From assembly GCF_006345805.1 (NCBI RefSeq), contig NC_043003.1:53754001-53818000 (forward strand): DNA of 64,000 nucleotides, read 5' to 3'. This document shows positions 1-13,750 of the stretch, piece after piece (the first letter of the stretch is position 1; every line of letters starts with the position of its first letter). The notes under the pieces are model-generated. The model searched no databases and was not told where the DNA came from. It saw nothing but the letters and a program-made list of their open reading frames with translations. A program made the translations under genes and the position numbers. This DNA is from Octopus sinensis (lineage: Eukaryota).

Positions 1-326
1 TAAGGTTGTGGTTTCGATTCCTGGACTGGGCGATACGTTGTGTTCTTGAGCAAAACACTTTATTTTCACGTTGCTCCAGTCCACTCAGCTGGTAAAAATG
101 AGTAATCCTGGGATGGACTGGCGTCCCAATCAGGTGGGGAATTTCTACAATACTGAAACCGGGAAACCAGCCCTTATGAGCCTGGCATGGCTTGAGAAGG
201 AACATTTATTATTTTTTTTATATTCACTGGTGCAGTTACTTATCTGTAAAGCCATTGGGCTTCATTTAAAATCAATAAATATTGAATTGTTGCATTTTTT
301 TATATTTTAATCTCTCGTTCTTTTAG

Positions 327-456
327 AAATTTCTCTGAAAGATGAAGAGAAACTGACTTGGATCCTAAGTAAACCATTTTGTCAAAAAAATCTGAGAAAA
401 ACATCTTTTTTTGGAGAACATGCAGAGAATTGTCTTTTCGTGGAAATTGGACCCAG
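327..456 (+). CDS. PFAS: PFAS window-exon 1 (internal; true 5' exon(s) lie upstream of window)
   Basis: ttttAG acceptor, GTAAAT donor; encodes ISLKDEEKLTWILSKPF...LFVEIGPR, matching the N-terminal LEVGPR motif of large PurL/PFAS. Confidence 0.9.
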
Positions 457-1110
457 GTAAATTTACTGTTTTAAGTTGATTTGGCTAAAATTATTTATCC
501 TTTTATTCTTTTACTTGTTTCAGTCATTTGACTGCAGTCATGCTGGAGCAACGTCTTTAGTTGAGCAAATCGACCCCAGGACTTATTCTTTGTAAGCCTA
601 GTACTTATTCAATTGATTTCTTTTGCTGAACCGCTAAGTTACGGGGACGTAAATACACCAGCATCGATTGTCAAGCGATGTTGTGGGGACAAACACTGAC
701 ACACACACTTACGAGCGCACGCACACACACACACACAATGGGCTTCTTTCATTTTCTGTCTACCAAATCCACTCAGTCCGAGGCTATAGTAGAAGACACT
801 TGCCCTAGGTGCCACGCAGTGGAACTGAACCCAGAACCATGTGGTTCGTAAGCAAGCTACTTACCACACAGCCACTCCTGTACCTATTTGTTGATAATTT
901 TAAATCCTTTTATTCTTTTACTTATTTCAGTCATTGGTTGTGGCCATACTGGAGCATCGCCTTGAAGGGTTTGGTACTGCTAAGCTATGGGAAACATAAA
1001 CAAACCAACACTAGTTGTCAAGTGGTAGACATGTGTATCTGTCTGTCTGTATGTATGTGTGTATGTACATGTATATACATATACACGCACACACATATTT
1101 ATATATATAT

Positions 1111-1682
1111 CTATCTACATCATCATCATCCTTTCTACTATAGGCACAAAGCCTGAAATTTGTGGGGAGGGAACTGGTTGATTACATCGACCCAGTGTGA
1201 AACTGGTACTTTATTTATTGACCCCTAGAGGATGAAAGGTAAAGTCGACCTCGGCGGAATTTGAACTCAACGTAGCGGCAGACGAAATACCGCTAAGCAA
1301 TCCGCCCGGCGTGCTAACGTTTCTGCCAGCTCACCGCATTATATTACTTCTACTACTACTGCTACTGCTGCTACTACTACTACTAATAATAATAATAATC
1401 CTTTCTACTATAGACACAAGGCCTATCTACATCATCATCATCCTTTCTACTATAGGCACAAAGCCTGAAATTTGTGGGGAGGGGACTGGTTGATTACATC
1501 GACCCAGTGTGAAACTGGTACTTTATTTATTGACCCCTAGAGGATGAAAGGTAAAGTCGACCTCGGCGGAATTTGAACTCAACGTAGCGGCAGACGAAAT
1601 ACCGCTAAGCAATCCGCCCGGCGTGCTAACGTTTCTGCCAGCTCACCGCATTATATTACTTCTACTACTACTGCTACTGCTG

Positions 1683-1774
<92 letters not shown>

Positions 1775-1816
1775 CCTTTCTACTATAGACACAAGGCCTA
1801 TCTACATCATCATCAT
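1111..1816. repeat. Tandem duplication (312 bp + 375 bp units)
   Basis: CTATCTACATCATCATCAT restarts at 1111, 1423, 1798; units differ by one substitution and microsatellite length. Confidence 0.95.
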
Positions 1817-2161
1817 GAACATTGTTTAACATCCGCTCTCCATGGGTTGGATGGTTTGACATGGAGCTGGCTAGCAGGGGGCTGTCCAGATTCCAACTGT
1901 CTGTTGTGGCATGGTTTCTATGGCCGGATACCCTTTCTAATGCCAATCACTTAGCATGTTCTGGGTGCTTCTTACATACCACTGGCACAGGTGCATTTAC
2001 GCAGCACCAGCATGGTTGCATTAGGTGCTTTTAGGTGGCACAGGTGCTTATATATATGGTGTGAATGGATAGGGATATTGAATCTGGGCAGGTACACAGG
2101 AGTCAGTCAGGTGTGCCTGGCTTCGATCACATTCAGATTGTGCTTTTTATGTGCCACTGGC

Positions 2162-2199
<38 letters not shown>

Positions 2200-2566
2200 T
2201 CATTATCATTATTTAATATCTGCTTTCCATGCTGGCATGGATTAAGATGGTTTGACTGGTAAGCTTGAGGGCTGCACCAGGTTCCAGTCTGATTTGGCAT
2301 GATTTCTATGGTTGGATGCCCTTCCTAACGCCAACCACTCCAAGTGTGTGCTTTTACGTGCCAGTTTGTTTTACATCCATTTCTATTTGTGATTGTATGG
2401 GTTGGACAGGTTTTTTTTTCCAGCACAACATGTCACCTTGTATTTTGTTTTGCCTTGTCATTTTGGTGAGGCTCAATTTCTTGAAATCTGTGTAATGGGT
2501 GCATTTTACGTGCCACTGACACAGGTGCCATTTACATGACACTGGCAATAGCCAATGGCCATGACT

Positions 2567-2790
2567 ACATCTTTGGCTAGGTATTTCTCCTGCAGCTGTC
2601 TTACCAGAAATATAGCATCATTAGTGCTTTTTCCTGGCATGAACCCAAACTGCATCTCATTTAAACTAACTCTCTCCCTGATTAATTGGGCTCTGACCCT
2701 CTCAGTAACTTTCATCATCTGATCCAACAATATGATACCTCTGTGATTATTCCTATCTAATGTGTCACCTTTTCCTTTGTAGCAGTTGAC
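2567..2790 (-). mobile_element. RTE-clade LINE reverse transcriptase fragment
   Basis: VNCYKGKGDTLDRNNHRGIILLDQMMKVTER...QFGFMPGKSTNDAIFLVRQLQEKYLAK. Confidence 0.85.
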
Positions 2791-2821
2791 TCTCTTAAAA
2801 TATTAATTCTTCTCTTCTCAG

Positions 2822-3120
2822 GTTAAACTTTTCTACACCCTTTTCAACAAATGCTGTTTCTATTTGTCGATCTGTTGGCCTTCAAAATATTGATCGGATT
2901 GAGGTGTCTGTGGCATATTTACTGAAAGCCAACTCTAATGAAACATTTTCTAAAGAAGAGGAAGAAAAACTGGTTGCATTGCTTCATGACAAAATGACAC
3001 AGTGTCGATACATGAAACCATTGGAAACATTCGAACTAAAAGTTAAAACTGAAGCTGTGTATGAAATCGATGTTCTTAAAGAGGGTCAGAAAGCCTTAGA
3101 AAAAGCTAATGCAGATCTTG
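2822..3120 (+). CDS. PFAS: PFAS exon 2
   Basis: ctcAG / GTAAGT; RLNFSTPFSTNAVSICRSVGL...LHDKMTQ...ALEKANADL; phases 2/1 fit neighbours. Confidence 0.95.
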
Positions 3121-4038
3121 GTAAGTTATTCTTGTTATTTCTTTAGTTTTGATTAAATTTAGGATTGTCGGGCAATATGATGTGCTTGAGAAGACCTGTT
3201 GAGTCAAGTAAAATTGAAATCATAGTCATGGCCTGTGCCACCTGACTGGCACCTGTCCTGGTGGCATGTAATAAGCACCATTTGAGTGTAGGTCAATGCT
3301 AGTGCCGCCTGACTAGCTCCCCGTGCCGTTGGTACGTAAATAGCACCATGTGAATGTGGTCAATGCCAGTGCTCCCTGACTGGCTCCCATGCCGGTAGCA
3401 TGTAAAAAGCACCCACTACACTCTTGGAGTGGTTGGCGTTAGGAAAGGCATCCAGCTGTAGAAACCTTGCCAGCTCAGATTGGAGTCTGGTGCAGCCTAC
3501 TGGCTTGCCAGACCTCAGTCAAATCGTCCAACACATGCCAGCATAGAAAGCGGACATTAAACGATGATGATGATAATGATGATTTCTACTGTAATTACAT
3601 TGCAATGTAAGGTGGTGAGCTGGCAGAATTGTTAGCATGCCAGGACGAAATGCTTAGCGGTATTTTATCTGTCACGTTTTGAGTTCAAATTCTGCCAAGG
3701 TCAACTTTGCCTCCCCTCCTTTTGGAGTCAACGAAATAAGTACAAGTCAAGTGCTGGGGTCAATGTAATTGAATAGTCCCTTCTTCCCAAATTTCAGGCA
3801 TTGTGCCTATAATAGAAAGGGTTATTACATTGTAATGTATATGATATAATTCAATGACATAGAAACAAAATTTTAAAATTTATTCTTTCTGCACAACCTG
3901 GTATTAAATGATCCACAGCCTGGGATATATGAGTTTATATTTTTTTATGGTCTCTGCAAGAGAACATAGTCTGTTCAGCATGTATTGATGTCACTGGTCT
4001 CAGCATCAACTGAGTTAAAAATTATAAAATCTTTTCAG

Positions 4039-4147
4039 GTCTAGCTTTTGATCAATGGGACCTAGAATATTATACTAAACTGTTTCAAGAGAAAATCCAA
4101 CGGAATCCAACCAGTGTTGAATGTTTTGACTTGGCTCAGTCAAACAG
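4039..4147 (+). CDS. PFAS: PFAS exon 3
   Basis: ttcAG / GTAAGT; GLAFDQWDLEYYTKLF...RNPTSVECFDLAQSNS. Confidence 0.96.
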
Positions 4148-4972
4148 GTAAGTTTAGTTTATTCAAAAGAATATAAATCACTACAGTTACCTACCATTTG
4201 CATGAAAAACAAGTTTATACTGTAAGGAAAACACATTAGCTTTATGTTCTTTTATTCTTTTGCTTGTTTCAGTCATTTGACTGCAGCCATGCTGGAGCAC
4301 CACCTATGGTTTAAGAAATTGACCCCATGACTTATTCTTTGTAAGCCTAGTACTTATTCTATTGGTCTCTTTTGCCGAACTGCTAAGTTACGGGGACGTA
4401 AACACACCAACATTGATTGTCAAGCGATGTTTGTGGGCACAAACACAGATACACAAACATATACATATATATATATATATATCTATGATGGGCTTCTTTC
4501 AGTTTCCGTTTACCAAATCCACTCACAAGGCTTTGGTTGGCCTGACGCTATAGTAGAAGACACTTGCCTAAGGTGCCATGCAGTTGGACTGAACCTGTAA
4601 CAATGTGGTTGGTAGCAAGCGTCTTACCACGCCTGCACCTATACTTAATATTATTTTCAAAACTTTGGTAATACTTGGCAGTGTTCCATATTTGTATGAT
4701 AATAATATTATTATTATCATCTTCATCATCTCCATATCTGAGCTGCATAATGATAAACATCATGACTGTTTTATCATTTTTGCCCGACAAAATTTTAATT
4801 TTTGTTAGTTGGGTTTATCCATAGCATGCTCAAAAAAGCAGGTTTTACCACAAACACTACAACTCTTTATTTCCTGTCTTCTAAGTAAGACCATTGGTGG
4901 TATAGCTAAAAAAATTATTATTTTTCTGTAATTTATTAATTACATTCAGGATTGATGTTTGTATTTTTCAAG

Positions 4973-5113
4973 TGAACATAGTCGGCATTGGTTCTTCAAA
5001 GGGATCATGATATTGGACGGAGAAATTCAAACCAAATCTTTGTTTCGTATGGTTATGGACACCCAAGATTTCAGCAACAACAATAGTATCATTAAATTCA
5101 ATGACAATAGTAG
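4973..5113 (+). CDS. PFAS: PFAS exon 4
   Basis: tttcaAG / GTAAGT; SEHSRHWFFKG...IIKFNDNSS. Confidence 0.96.
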
Positions 5114-6399
5114 GTAAGTTGACGTATAGTTCTCTTTGCTCTCTTTTTGTTCCCATTTTCACAGGCAATGGAGTCTGGTGCAGCTCTCCAGCTTGCCAGC
5201 TCCTGTATGGTGGTGATGATGATGATGGTGGCGGCGGTTGCTGCTGCTGCTGCTGTTGCTGTTGAGTGAACAGTCTTCGTCCCAGAGCTCACAAGATGGG
5301 AGAAGTCCGAAACGTGGTCCTTTGCTATTCGTAAGACCCGCAGAAGAGAAAGCAGGTCAACCCCCGACACCGAGAGTATCGACAGATGGATGGATGCGCA
5401 TCCAGGCTCAGCATTTGCGTAGGAAGTTGGGGACAAGAAACAGGAAGAAAGAGTGAGAGAAAGCTGGGGCTAAAGAGTACAACAGGGGTCACCACCATCC
5501 CCTGCCGGAGCCTCGTGGAGCTTTAGGTGTTTTCGCTCAATAAACACACACAACGCCTGGTCTGGGAATCGAAACCATGATCCTCCGACTGCGAGTCCGC
5601 TGCCCTAACCATTGGGCCATTGTGCCTCCACTTGCTGCTGCTGCTGTTGTTGTTTTTTTTTTCTACATGGATTCCGCACTGGCATATTTTCAGGATTTGA
5701 CAATTTGTGACAGGACGCTATTAATATTGTTTGAGGTGAGAATGGATTTAGGCGGGCTGAAATAGTCAGCAATTACATACACAGCATCAAGGAATATTGA
5801 AAGTTTCTTCTGGTGCTTAGTACATCAAGTGATGAAGGATTTTGACAAGCAGCTACGATAAAGTCCAGAGGAAAGTAGAGAGACACTATGAAACCTGGCC
5901 ATCTTATTTCTTTATTGCCCACAAGGGGCTAAACATAGAGGGGACAAACAAGGATAGACAAAGGGATTAAGTCGATTACATCGACCCCAGTGCATAACTG
6001 GTACTTAATTTATCGACCCCGAAAGGATGAAAGGCAAAGTTGACCTCGGTGGAATTTGAACTCAGAATGTAACAACAGACGAAATACCGCTAAGCATTTC
6101 GCCTGGCATGCTAATGTTTCTGCCAGCTCGCCACCTTAAAACCTGGCCATCTTGTTAAATGAAAAATAGATATAAAATGATGACAATGGCAACAAAAAGA
6201 AGAAGAATGTATTTTATCTAATTGCTTAATTGCTCAGAAATTGGTATCTATGCTATTGAATTATAATTATTTATATACTACTACTGCTACAGCTGGGTGT
6301 TTTCACCTCCATGTTTTTTTCCTGTGTTCAATCATTGTTCTGTGGTTAACCCACATGGATAAGATGATACAGTATCATGTCTTCATTTTTATTTATTGA

Positions 6400-6615
6400 C
6401 ATCGAAGGAAAGGGGCTTTCTCCGTCCGGGTTGCGGATCCGTGGAATAAGCTGCCGGACGAGATAGTGAGATGCCGACGACCGCTCGGTTCAAAGTCTCT
6501 CTTGACCAGAATTAGCCTGAACTCTTTACATGAACACATTCCCTGCACATAACTCCATGTCCCCGTACATGGCCTTTCTTTTTGCTTTTTGAGCCAAAAA
6601 ATTAACTTAACTATT
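6400..6615 (+). mobile_element. CR1/L2-like LINE 3' end
   Basis: RRKGAFSVRVADPWNKLPDEIV, frameshift, RFKVSLDQN*; TTAAC-type tail. Confidence 0.65.
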
Positions 6616-7601
6616 ACATATTTTACCTGATTTCTTACCTGCATTGCTTAAATGTCTTAAAAATATATTGTCAGTAATTTTTGTTGGACTCACCTTGGAG
6701 ACACCTTGATATTCTTGCTGCAAAAATTGTAATCTTTATTCCATTGTTGTATGAATAAAACTTGAATGATATTTCTGTTTTGAAAAATATTTACCTCCCT
6801 CTATCCTCATCTGCAAGCATAAAGTTTCCTTCCGCAGGGTTTGTAGTCTTGCAAGCTGCATAGTGATCTTCCTAGTGCTTGCAACAAGAAAAAGCTGTAA
6901 AGTGGTTGTTGTTAGGAAGGGCATCCAGTTATAGAAACCACACCAAAGCAAACATTGGTGCATAAAGCAGTTGTTGGGCTCATAGGATCCTCTCAAACCA
7001 GCCAACCTATGCCAGCATAGAACATGGATGTTAAATGATGATGAGGATGATGCTGTATTCCCAACCATCTACTGACATCTTAGCATTTACACCAAGTAAT
7101 ACTCACAATGGAATATTACTGCCACACTGGAGACTGTGTTATTGCTTCACATACCAATACATTAAATCACACCTAAAAAAACCACCTGACTGATTAGCAT
7201 AGAATCACTCACAACTATACTTATGTAGCTCATAGATATGCCATTTTCTTGCTCTATTTTTTTCTAAGCTACTACAATGATCCCTGCCCCTTTATGTTAA
7301 CTAATTTTATTCCTCTTCCATCCAGGCCCATTACTCCTTGTCACCCTGTTATGTTCTCAAGGATGCACACTTGCCACTTTTCTACCCCTTCTTTCCCAGA
7401 AGGACCAACCCTTGGAATTCCCTCCCTGTCTATATATTATTGCTCAGTATTCTTATTTTTCTGCCCTAAGAAAAGCATTATCTTTTATTAACAAATCTAA
7501 TTCATATAACTGTATTTTGGTTGATACCAAATTCTAGAGAAAAATTTGCTTTTTGGACACAAGTGTTTTTTCAGTTATTAATTATATTCTGATTGTTTCA
7601 G

Positions 7602-7729
7602 TGCTATTGATGGTTTTGAAGTAAGTGTCTTGTTACCTGAAGACAGTTCCAAAGCTAGTCCTTTTGTGGTAAAAGAAAAACAGAAGAGACATATTATTTT
7701 TACTGCAGAGACTCATAATTTCCCTACAG
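7602..7729 (+). CDS. PFAS: PFAS exon 5
   Basis: ttcAG / GTATGT; SAIDGFEV...HIIFTAETHNFPT. Confidence 0.96.
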
Positions 7730-9565
7730 GTATGTATTAATATTTATTGGTTTCAAATTTTGGCACAGGGCCAGCAATTTCAGGGTAGCAGATAAGTCAA
7801 TTGCATCAATCCCAGGGCTCAACTGGTACTTATTTTATCGACCTTGAAAGGCAAAGTTGACCTCAAAGGAATTTAAACACAAAACATAAAGACAGATGAA
7901 ATACCATTAAGCATTTTGCCCGGTGTGCTAAAGATTCTGTCATCTCTCTGCTTTAATATATGATATATTCTTTTCTACTTATTTGTTAAAGAGAAAAGAT
8001 GGCATGTCCAGAAGTTTGAGGGTTGCAGTTTTTGTGAGTGTTATTTTAGGTTTCAGATCAAGAGCTCAAAATAAATGGCTAATTAAGATTATATCACACC
8101 TTCCTGTGGGACAAGGTGGTCAGAGAGTACTTCTGTCAGTGGCACCTTTCCAAGCAATGGATCAGTGTTTCTTAACAGCTGAACATGTTTTGACCATGTC
8201 AGAGAATTAATGATAAAATCATTAGGACTTCCCAATTTAGAGCAATGTGCAAAGTTAAACATCACACTTATGAAGTGATTGCAAGTTTAAAACTCTAGAA
8301 GGCAGTGTCCCAAGATTCATTCAATTTTTTTTTTTGCATTAGACATATTAAGAATTTTGCTTCCCAGGTGTCTTCTAATATAGCTTTGGATTCACCAAAG
8401 CCTTGCAAATGTATTTTGGTAGGCAGAAAGGGAAAGAAGTCCATATTGTATTGTGCCCTTGGGCAAGGCACAGAATTCTTATCAATTTGACAGATCATAA
8501 AAGGATATACATTTTTCTCATGGTCAGTAGGTAGGGCATCCAACTCTAAAAGCAATTTTTTAAAACAAAAGTCATGTCACCCAGATGAGTGTAATAAAAT
8601 GAATGCAAAAATGGAATATGTCAGATATGAGGAGGGGAAAAAAACTGAATTTAAGGCAATGTGTAATTGTCCAGTCAGCAAAAAAAAAAAAAAAAGATGG
8701 AGGTGGGGGTGGGGGATATTAATGAGATGGCTAAATACATTTAGAGAGTGTCAGAAGTGTTTTTACAGTATTTAGTTTCACTTCTTGTAGTTCTGAGTTG
8801 AAATCCTGCTGAGACCAACTTTAAATGTTTATCCTTCTGGATAAAATAAATACTTGCCAACATAATGTGGCTGTCCTGAAAGGGACAATGTTACTGTTGT
8901 TTTAGCCCCAAGAAACAGTAACATCTTCCCTTTCAGGATAGCTACAGTATGATGGCAAATAGCATTTACTTTAAAGAACTGTTACTGAATGTCTGTCTTT
9001 GAGAGATTTAGAAATAAAAATAAATACTAATAATAGACTGCTGGCAAATCAATCATTATTCCAGAATAAAATGAGCACTGAGGGTAAGAAACAGTCATTG
9101 CCCCCACCCTAATATAATCTTTTCTACTCTAGGTACAAGACCCCAAATTTTTTTTTTGGGGGGGCCAGTCAATTAGATCGCCCCCAGTATGCAACTGGTA
9201 CTTAATTTATCGACCCCAAAAGGATGAAAGGCAAAGTCAACCTTGGTGGAATTTGAACTCTGAACATGAAGATAGACGAAATGCCTATTTCTTTACTACC
9301 CACAAGGGGCTAAACATAGAGAGGACAAACAAGGACAGACAAACAGATTAAATCGATTATATCGACCCCAGTGCATAACTGGTACTTATTTAATTGACCC
9401 CGAAAGTCGACCTCGGCGGAATTTGAACTCAGAACGTAGCGGAAGATGAAATACCGCTTGGCATTTCTTCCGGCATGCTAATGATTCTGCCAGCTTGCCA
9501 CCCTAATATAATGAACATCAAAGTAAGTTTGCTTCTGTTAATTATTGTTTTAATTCTCTTGATAG

Positions 9566-9694
9566 GAGTTGCTCCTTTTCCTGGGGCCACTACAGGTACT
9601 GGTGGTAGAATTCGAGATGTTCACTGTACTGGACGAGGTGCACATGTTGTGGCAGGCACAGCTGGTTACAGTTTTGGAAATCTTAATATACCTG
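9566..9694 (+). CDS. PFAS: PFAS exon 6
   Basis: gatAG / GTAAGG; [43 protein letters not shown] (glycine-rich PurL motif). Confidence 0.97.
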
Positions 9695-11302
9695 GTAAGG
9701 AGAATAATAATTCCATTTGTTGTTTTTATTAATTTTACTTGTTTAATATTGATGAAAATGATTCTTATCAGATGTATCTCAAATTCATGCTCAATCTAAG
9801 TTTTTGACACAATTCATTGTTTGGTTTAAGAGTTCACTCCCTGATTTTTTTGGTGCTTTTAAGGATTCTCAATTTTTTGAAAGTGTTTAGGCCCTGAAGC
9901 ATTTGCAGCTTCATCAAAATCTTTTAGTTTCTCAATTTTGCTATTGCACAATATTTTATTGAAAACATGATTCCCTATTTTTGTTTCATCATCATCATCA
10001 TCATCATCTGTTTTCCATGCTAGCATGGGCTGGATGGTTCAACCGGGATCTGGGAAGCCAGGAGGCTGCACCAGGCTCTAGTCTGATCTGGCAGTGTTTC
10101 TACAGCTGGATGCCCTTCCTAACGCCAACCACTCCGTGAGTGTAGTGGGTGCTTTTTACATACCACTGGCACAGGGGCCAGAGGAGGCTGGCAACAGCCA
10201 CGATCAGTCGGTGCATTTTACGTGCCACCGGCATGGACACCAGTCTAGGCGGTGCTGGCATCAGCTACGTTTGGATGGTGCTTTTTATGTGCCACCAGCA
10301 TGAGTATCACAACTACAATTTCCATTTGATTTTTATTTTGATGTTGATGTACTTGACTCAATAGGTCTCCTCAAGCACAGCAGGTTGCCCTACGATCCAA
10401 GGTAAGCACAGCAGGCTGTCCTGCAGGCCATGAACTTAATTCATTTGTCAGGTCTTTGCAGTCACAGCATATCTGTAGAGGTCTCGGTCTTTTGTCATTG
10501 CCTCTGTGAGGCCCAATGTTTGACGGTCATGCTTGACCACCTCATCCCATGTCTTCCTGGGTCTACCTCTACCCTGGATTCCTTCAACTGTTTGGGAGTG
10601 GCACTTCTATGTTTTTGATTTATGCATTTGAATTATAATTTCTTTCTTATGGTTTGTATTTTATATTTATTTCTGCTAAGACAAATTAATGTCCAGGAAA
10701 ATGTTTACATTTGTTGAACTTATCAACATTGTTTCTTCCCTTTTTATCACTTGAATAATTTTATATTCATGCAATTTATAATCTTAAATATCCTCAGCTT
10801 TATTATCATCATCATCATCGTTTAACGTCCGTTTTCCGTGCTAGCACGGGTTGGACGGTTCGACCGGGGTCTGGGGAGCCAGGGGCTGCTCCAGGCTCCA
10901 GTCTGATCTGGCAGTGTTTCTACAGCTGGATGCCCTTCCTAATGCCAACCACTCCGCGAGTGTAGTGGGTGCTTTTTAGATGGTAAAATGTTTATCTTTC
11001 TTATCTTTTTTAAATCCAAGTGATGTTTCTCTCAAAATTCAATTGTGTTATATGTATTTGATTAGTTTTATGTTTAGGAATATATAAGTTTATAAGAAAG
11101 GGTAATTTTTAAATTATAGAGAATGATTATTATTTGTAGTCCAAATAGCATAGTAGTGGAAAGAAATTACCTTGTGTGACGTTTAAATACTGGTAGGTTA
11201 AGAGTTAAATTATTGCTACTTATTTTATTTTTATACTTAAAAATTGTTTTTTATTCTTTGAGTTCTGTTGTATTTCATTTATTTTTCCTTAATTTATTTT
11301 AG

Positions 11303-11566
11303 GTTATGTTCAACCATGGGAAGAAGAAAAAAAATTTGATGGTCCTGTAAAGTTTGCTTCTGCTTTGGATGTTGCTATTGAAGCAAGTAATGGTGCCTCA
11401 GACTATGGCAACAAATTTGGAGAACCAGTTCTTGCTGGTTTTGCTCGTTCTTTCGGTCTTTGCTTACCAAATGGAGAATGGAAAGAGTATGTAAAACCAA
11501 TAATGTTTAGTGCTGGAATTGGAATGCTGGAAGATATGCATATAAAAAAACAAGTAGCAGAAGAAG
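11303..11566 (+). CDS. PFAS: PFAS exon 7
   Basis: tttAG / GTGAAA; GYVQPWE...IEASNGASDYGNKFGEPVLAGFARSFG...KPIMFSAGIG. Confidence 0.96.
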
Positions 11567-12183
11567 GTGAAAATGTTTTTCCCATCCTTTTAAATAAATT
11601 TGGCTCTGTTGATGTCATAAGAATTTTTTTTGTGTGATATACACACCAATGATGACATTGGTGTGTATATCACCAATGTCATCATCGTTTAATGTCCGCT
11701 TTCCATACTTGCATGGTTTGAACGGTTTGACAGCAGTTGACCAGGTAGGAGCCTATAACAGACTTCTGTGTCTGTTTTGGCAGAGTTTTTATGGCTGGAT
11801 GCTCTTCCTAACACCAGCCACCCAGCAGAGTGGACTGAGTGCTTTTTACGTGGCACAAGCACAGGCAAGGTCAGTTTTAGCAAGGTTTTTACCGCTGGAT
11901 GTCCTTCCAAACACCAACCACTTTACAGTGTGGATTGGATACTTTTTACATGGAATCAAATCAAACTCTATCATTGGTTAACTTTGACAGTTGACTAAAG
12001 TGGACATCCTTCCTACCTTGTTAGTATAATTTAACATGGTTCCTGTGTTCTTTTAGTTAGCATTTTGTTGACAAAATTTAAAAAAAAACAATCATCTGCT
12101 TGGACAAAATTGACTCACAACTTAACTGGCCAAAATTAATTTGGGTATTTTATAATTTTACCTGTTTTGAATTTTTCTTACAG

Positions 12184-12414
12184 GAATGGAAGTGGTAAAA
12201 ATTGGTGGCCCTGTTTATCGTATCGGTGTTGGGGGTGGTGCAGCATCTTCTGTTGAAGTTCAAGGTGACAACAAATCTGATTTGGATTTTAATGCTGTTC
12301 AAAGAGGAGATGCCGAAATGGAACAGAAGTTGAACCGATTGATACGTTCATGTATAGAATTGAAGGAAGGGAACCCAATCCTCAGTATTCATGACCAAGG
12401 AGCTGGTGGAAATG
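12184..12414 (+). CDS. PFAS: PFAS exon 8
   Basis: tacAG / GTAAAT; GMEVVKIGGPVYRIGVGGGAASS...AVQRGDAEMEQK...SIHDQGAGGN. Confidence 0.97.
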
Positions 12415-13526
12415 GTAAATAATATTGTTTTGGTTTATTAATTAAATAAAATAGTAAATGATACTCCATATTTAATTATTATTTAAATTGATTAAAAGTT
12501 TAGTTATTCATCATCATCATCATCACCATTTTAACACTTCAAATTATTCTGTCATTGTTTTGAATTAATCTTGCATTTTCTTGTATCTTTGCGAATTCTG
12601 CGAAGTGATTGTTTATTTTTAGAATAACATTGTAAGGCTGGTATGAGAGGCAGATCTGGTTTGTTTTGAATATAATACAGGTAGAATATTTGGGCCAAAT
12701 ATTGTTGGTTTAAATGCTGATGGGTAACGTCAACTTTTCCATGCTTGCCTGGGTCAATTGGAATTCATTAATGTATTGATTTTACTATGACTGGGTGTTC
12801 TTCCAGTCACTAACTCTCATTTCCCTGGAGGTGGTCATGTTTTTATGGAAGAATGGAAATGAGGGACTTTGTTTGAATGACAGTGATGTGCCACTTATAA
12901 CTATCCTATGATGATAAGACAAGGAGGCACACGTATGTGCACACACACACATGCACACACAGAAGACAGACTTTTTCCAGTTTCTGTTTACCAATTCCAC
13001 TCACAAGGCTATGTTTGACCCAGGGCTATAGTTGAAGACTTGTGTCTATGGTACCATGCAGTGGGACTAAAACTGAACCACATAGTTACACATAGCCATA
13101 CCTGTATTATTCATCATTATCATCATCATTTAATGTCTGCTTTCCATGCTAGCATGGGTTGGGCGATTTGACTGAATACTGGCGAACTAGATGGCTGCAC
13201 CAAGCTCCAATCTGATCTGGCAGTGTTTCTACAGCTGGATGCCCTTCCTAACGCCAACCACTCCCAGAGTGTAGTGACTCCTTTTACGTGCCACCGGCAT
13301 GAGGGCCAGTCAGGCGGCACTGGCAACGGCCACGCTCAAATGGTGCTTTTTATGTGCTACCTGCACAGGAGCCAATCCAGCGGCACTGGCAACAACCTCG
13401 CTCGAATGTTTTTTGTAAATATTTAAATATTTTTTATATTCTAGAATTAACACTGCTTTTTAATTATAAGTTATTAGGTTTTTGAGAGGTTATTTGAAAT
13501 TGTTATTGTTTTTTCTTTTCACTTAG

Positions 13527-13750
13527 GAAATGTATTGAAAGAATTAGTTGAACCAGCTGGTGCTGAAATCTTTGCTGATAATTTCATTTTGGCTGACCCC
13601 ACCATCAGTGCTTTGGAACTTTGGGGAGCTGAATATCAAGAGTCCAATGCTTTATTATTAATGCCAAAGGATCATCAACTCCTAGAAAAAATAAGTCAAC
13701 GGGAACGATGTCCTGTCAGTTTTGTTGGCAGAGTCACTGGAGATGGAAAG
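13527..13750 (+). CDS. PFAS: PFAS exon 9
   Basis: cttAG / GTTTGG; GNVLKELVEP...LELWGAEYQESNALL...RERCPVSFVGRVTGDGK. Confidence 0.96.

Noticed and set aside
4964-4973. Non-canonical splice site at exon 4
   Set aside because: The AAG acceptor is less common but still GT-AG, and the phase fits.
10094-10364. Recurrent ORFs beginning MFLQLDALPNANHS (also 13223, 22599, 23955, 44190, 47607)
   Set aside because: Chance frames of the RTE 3'-UTR repeat; variable ends, no splice context.
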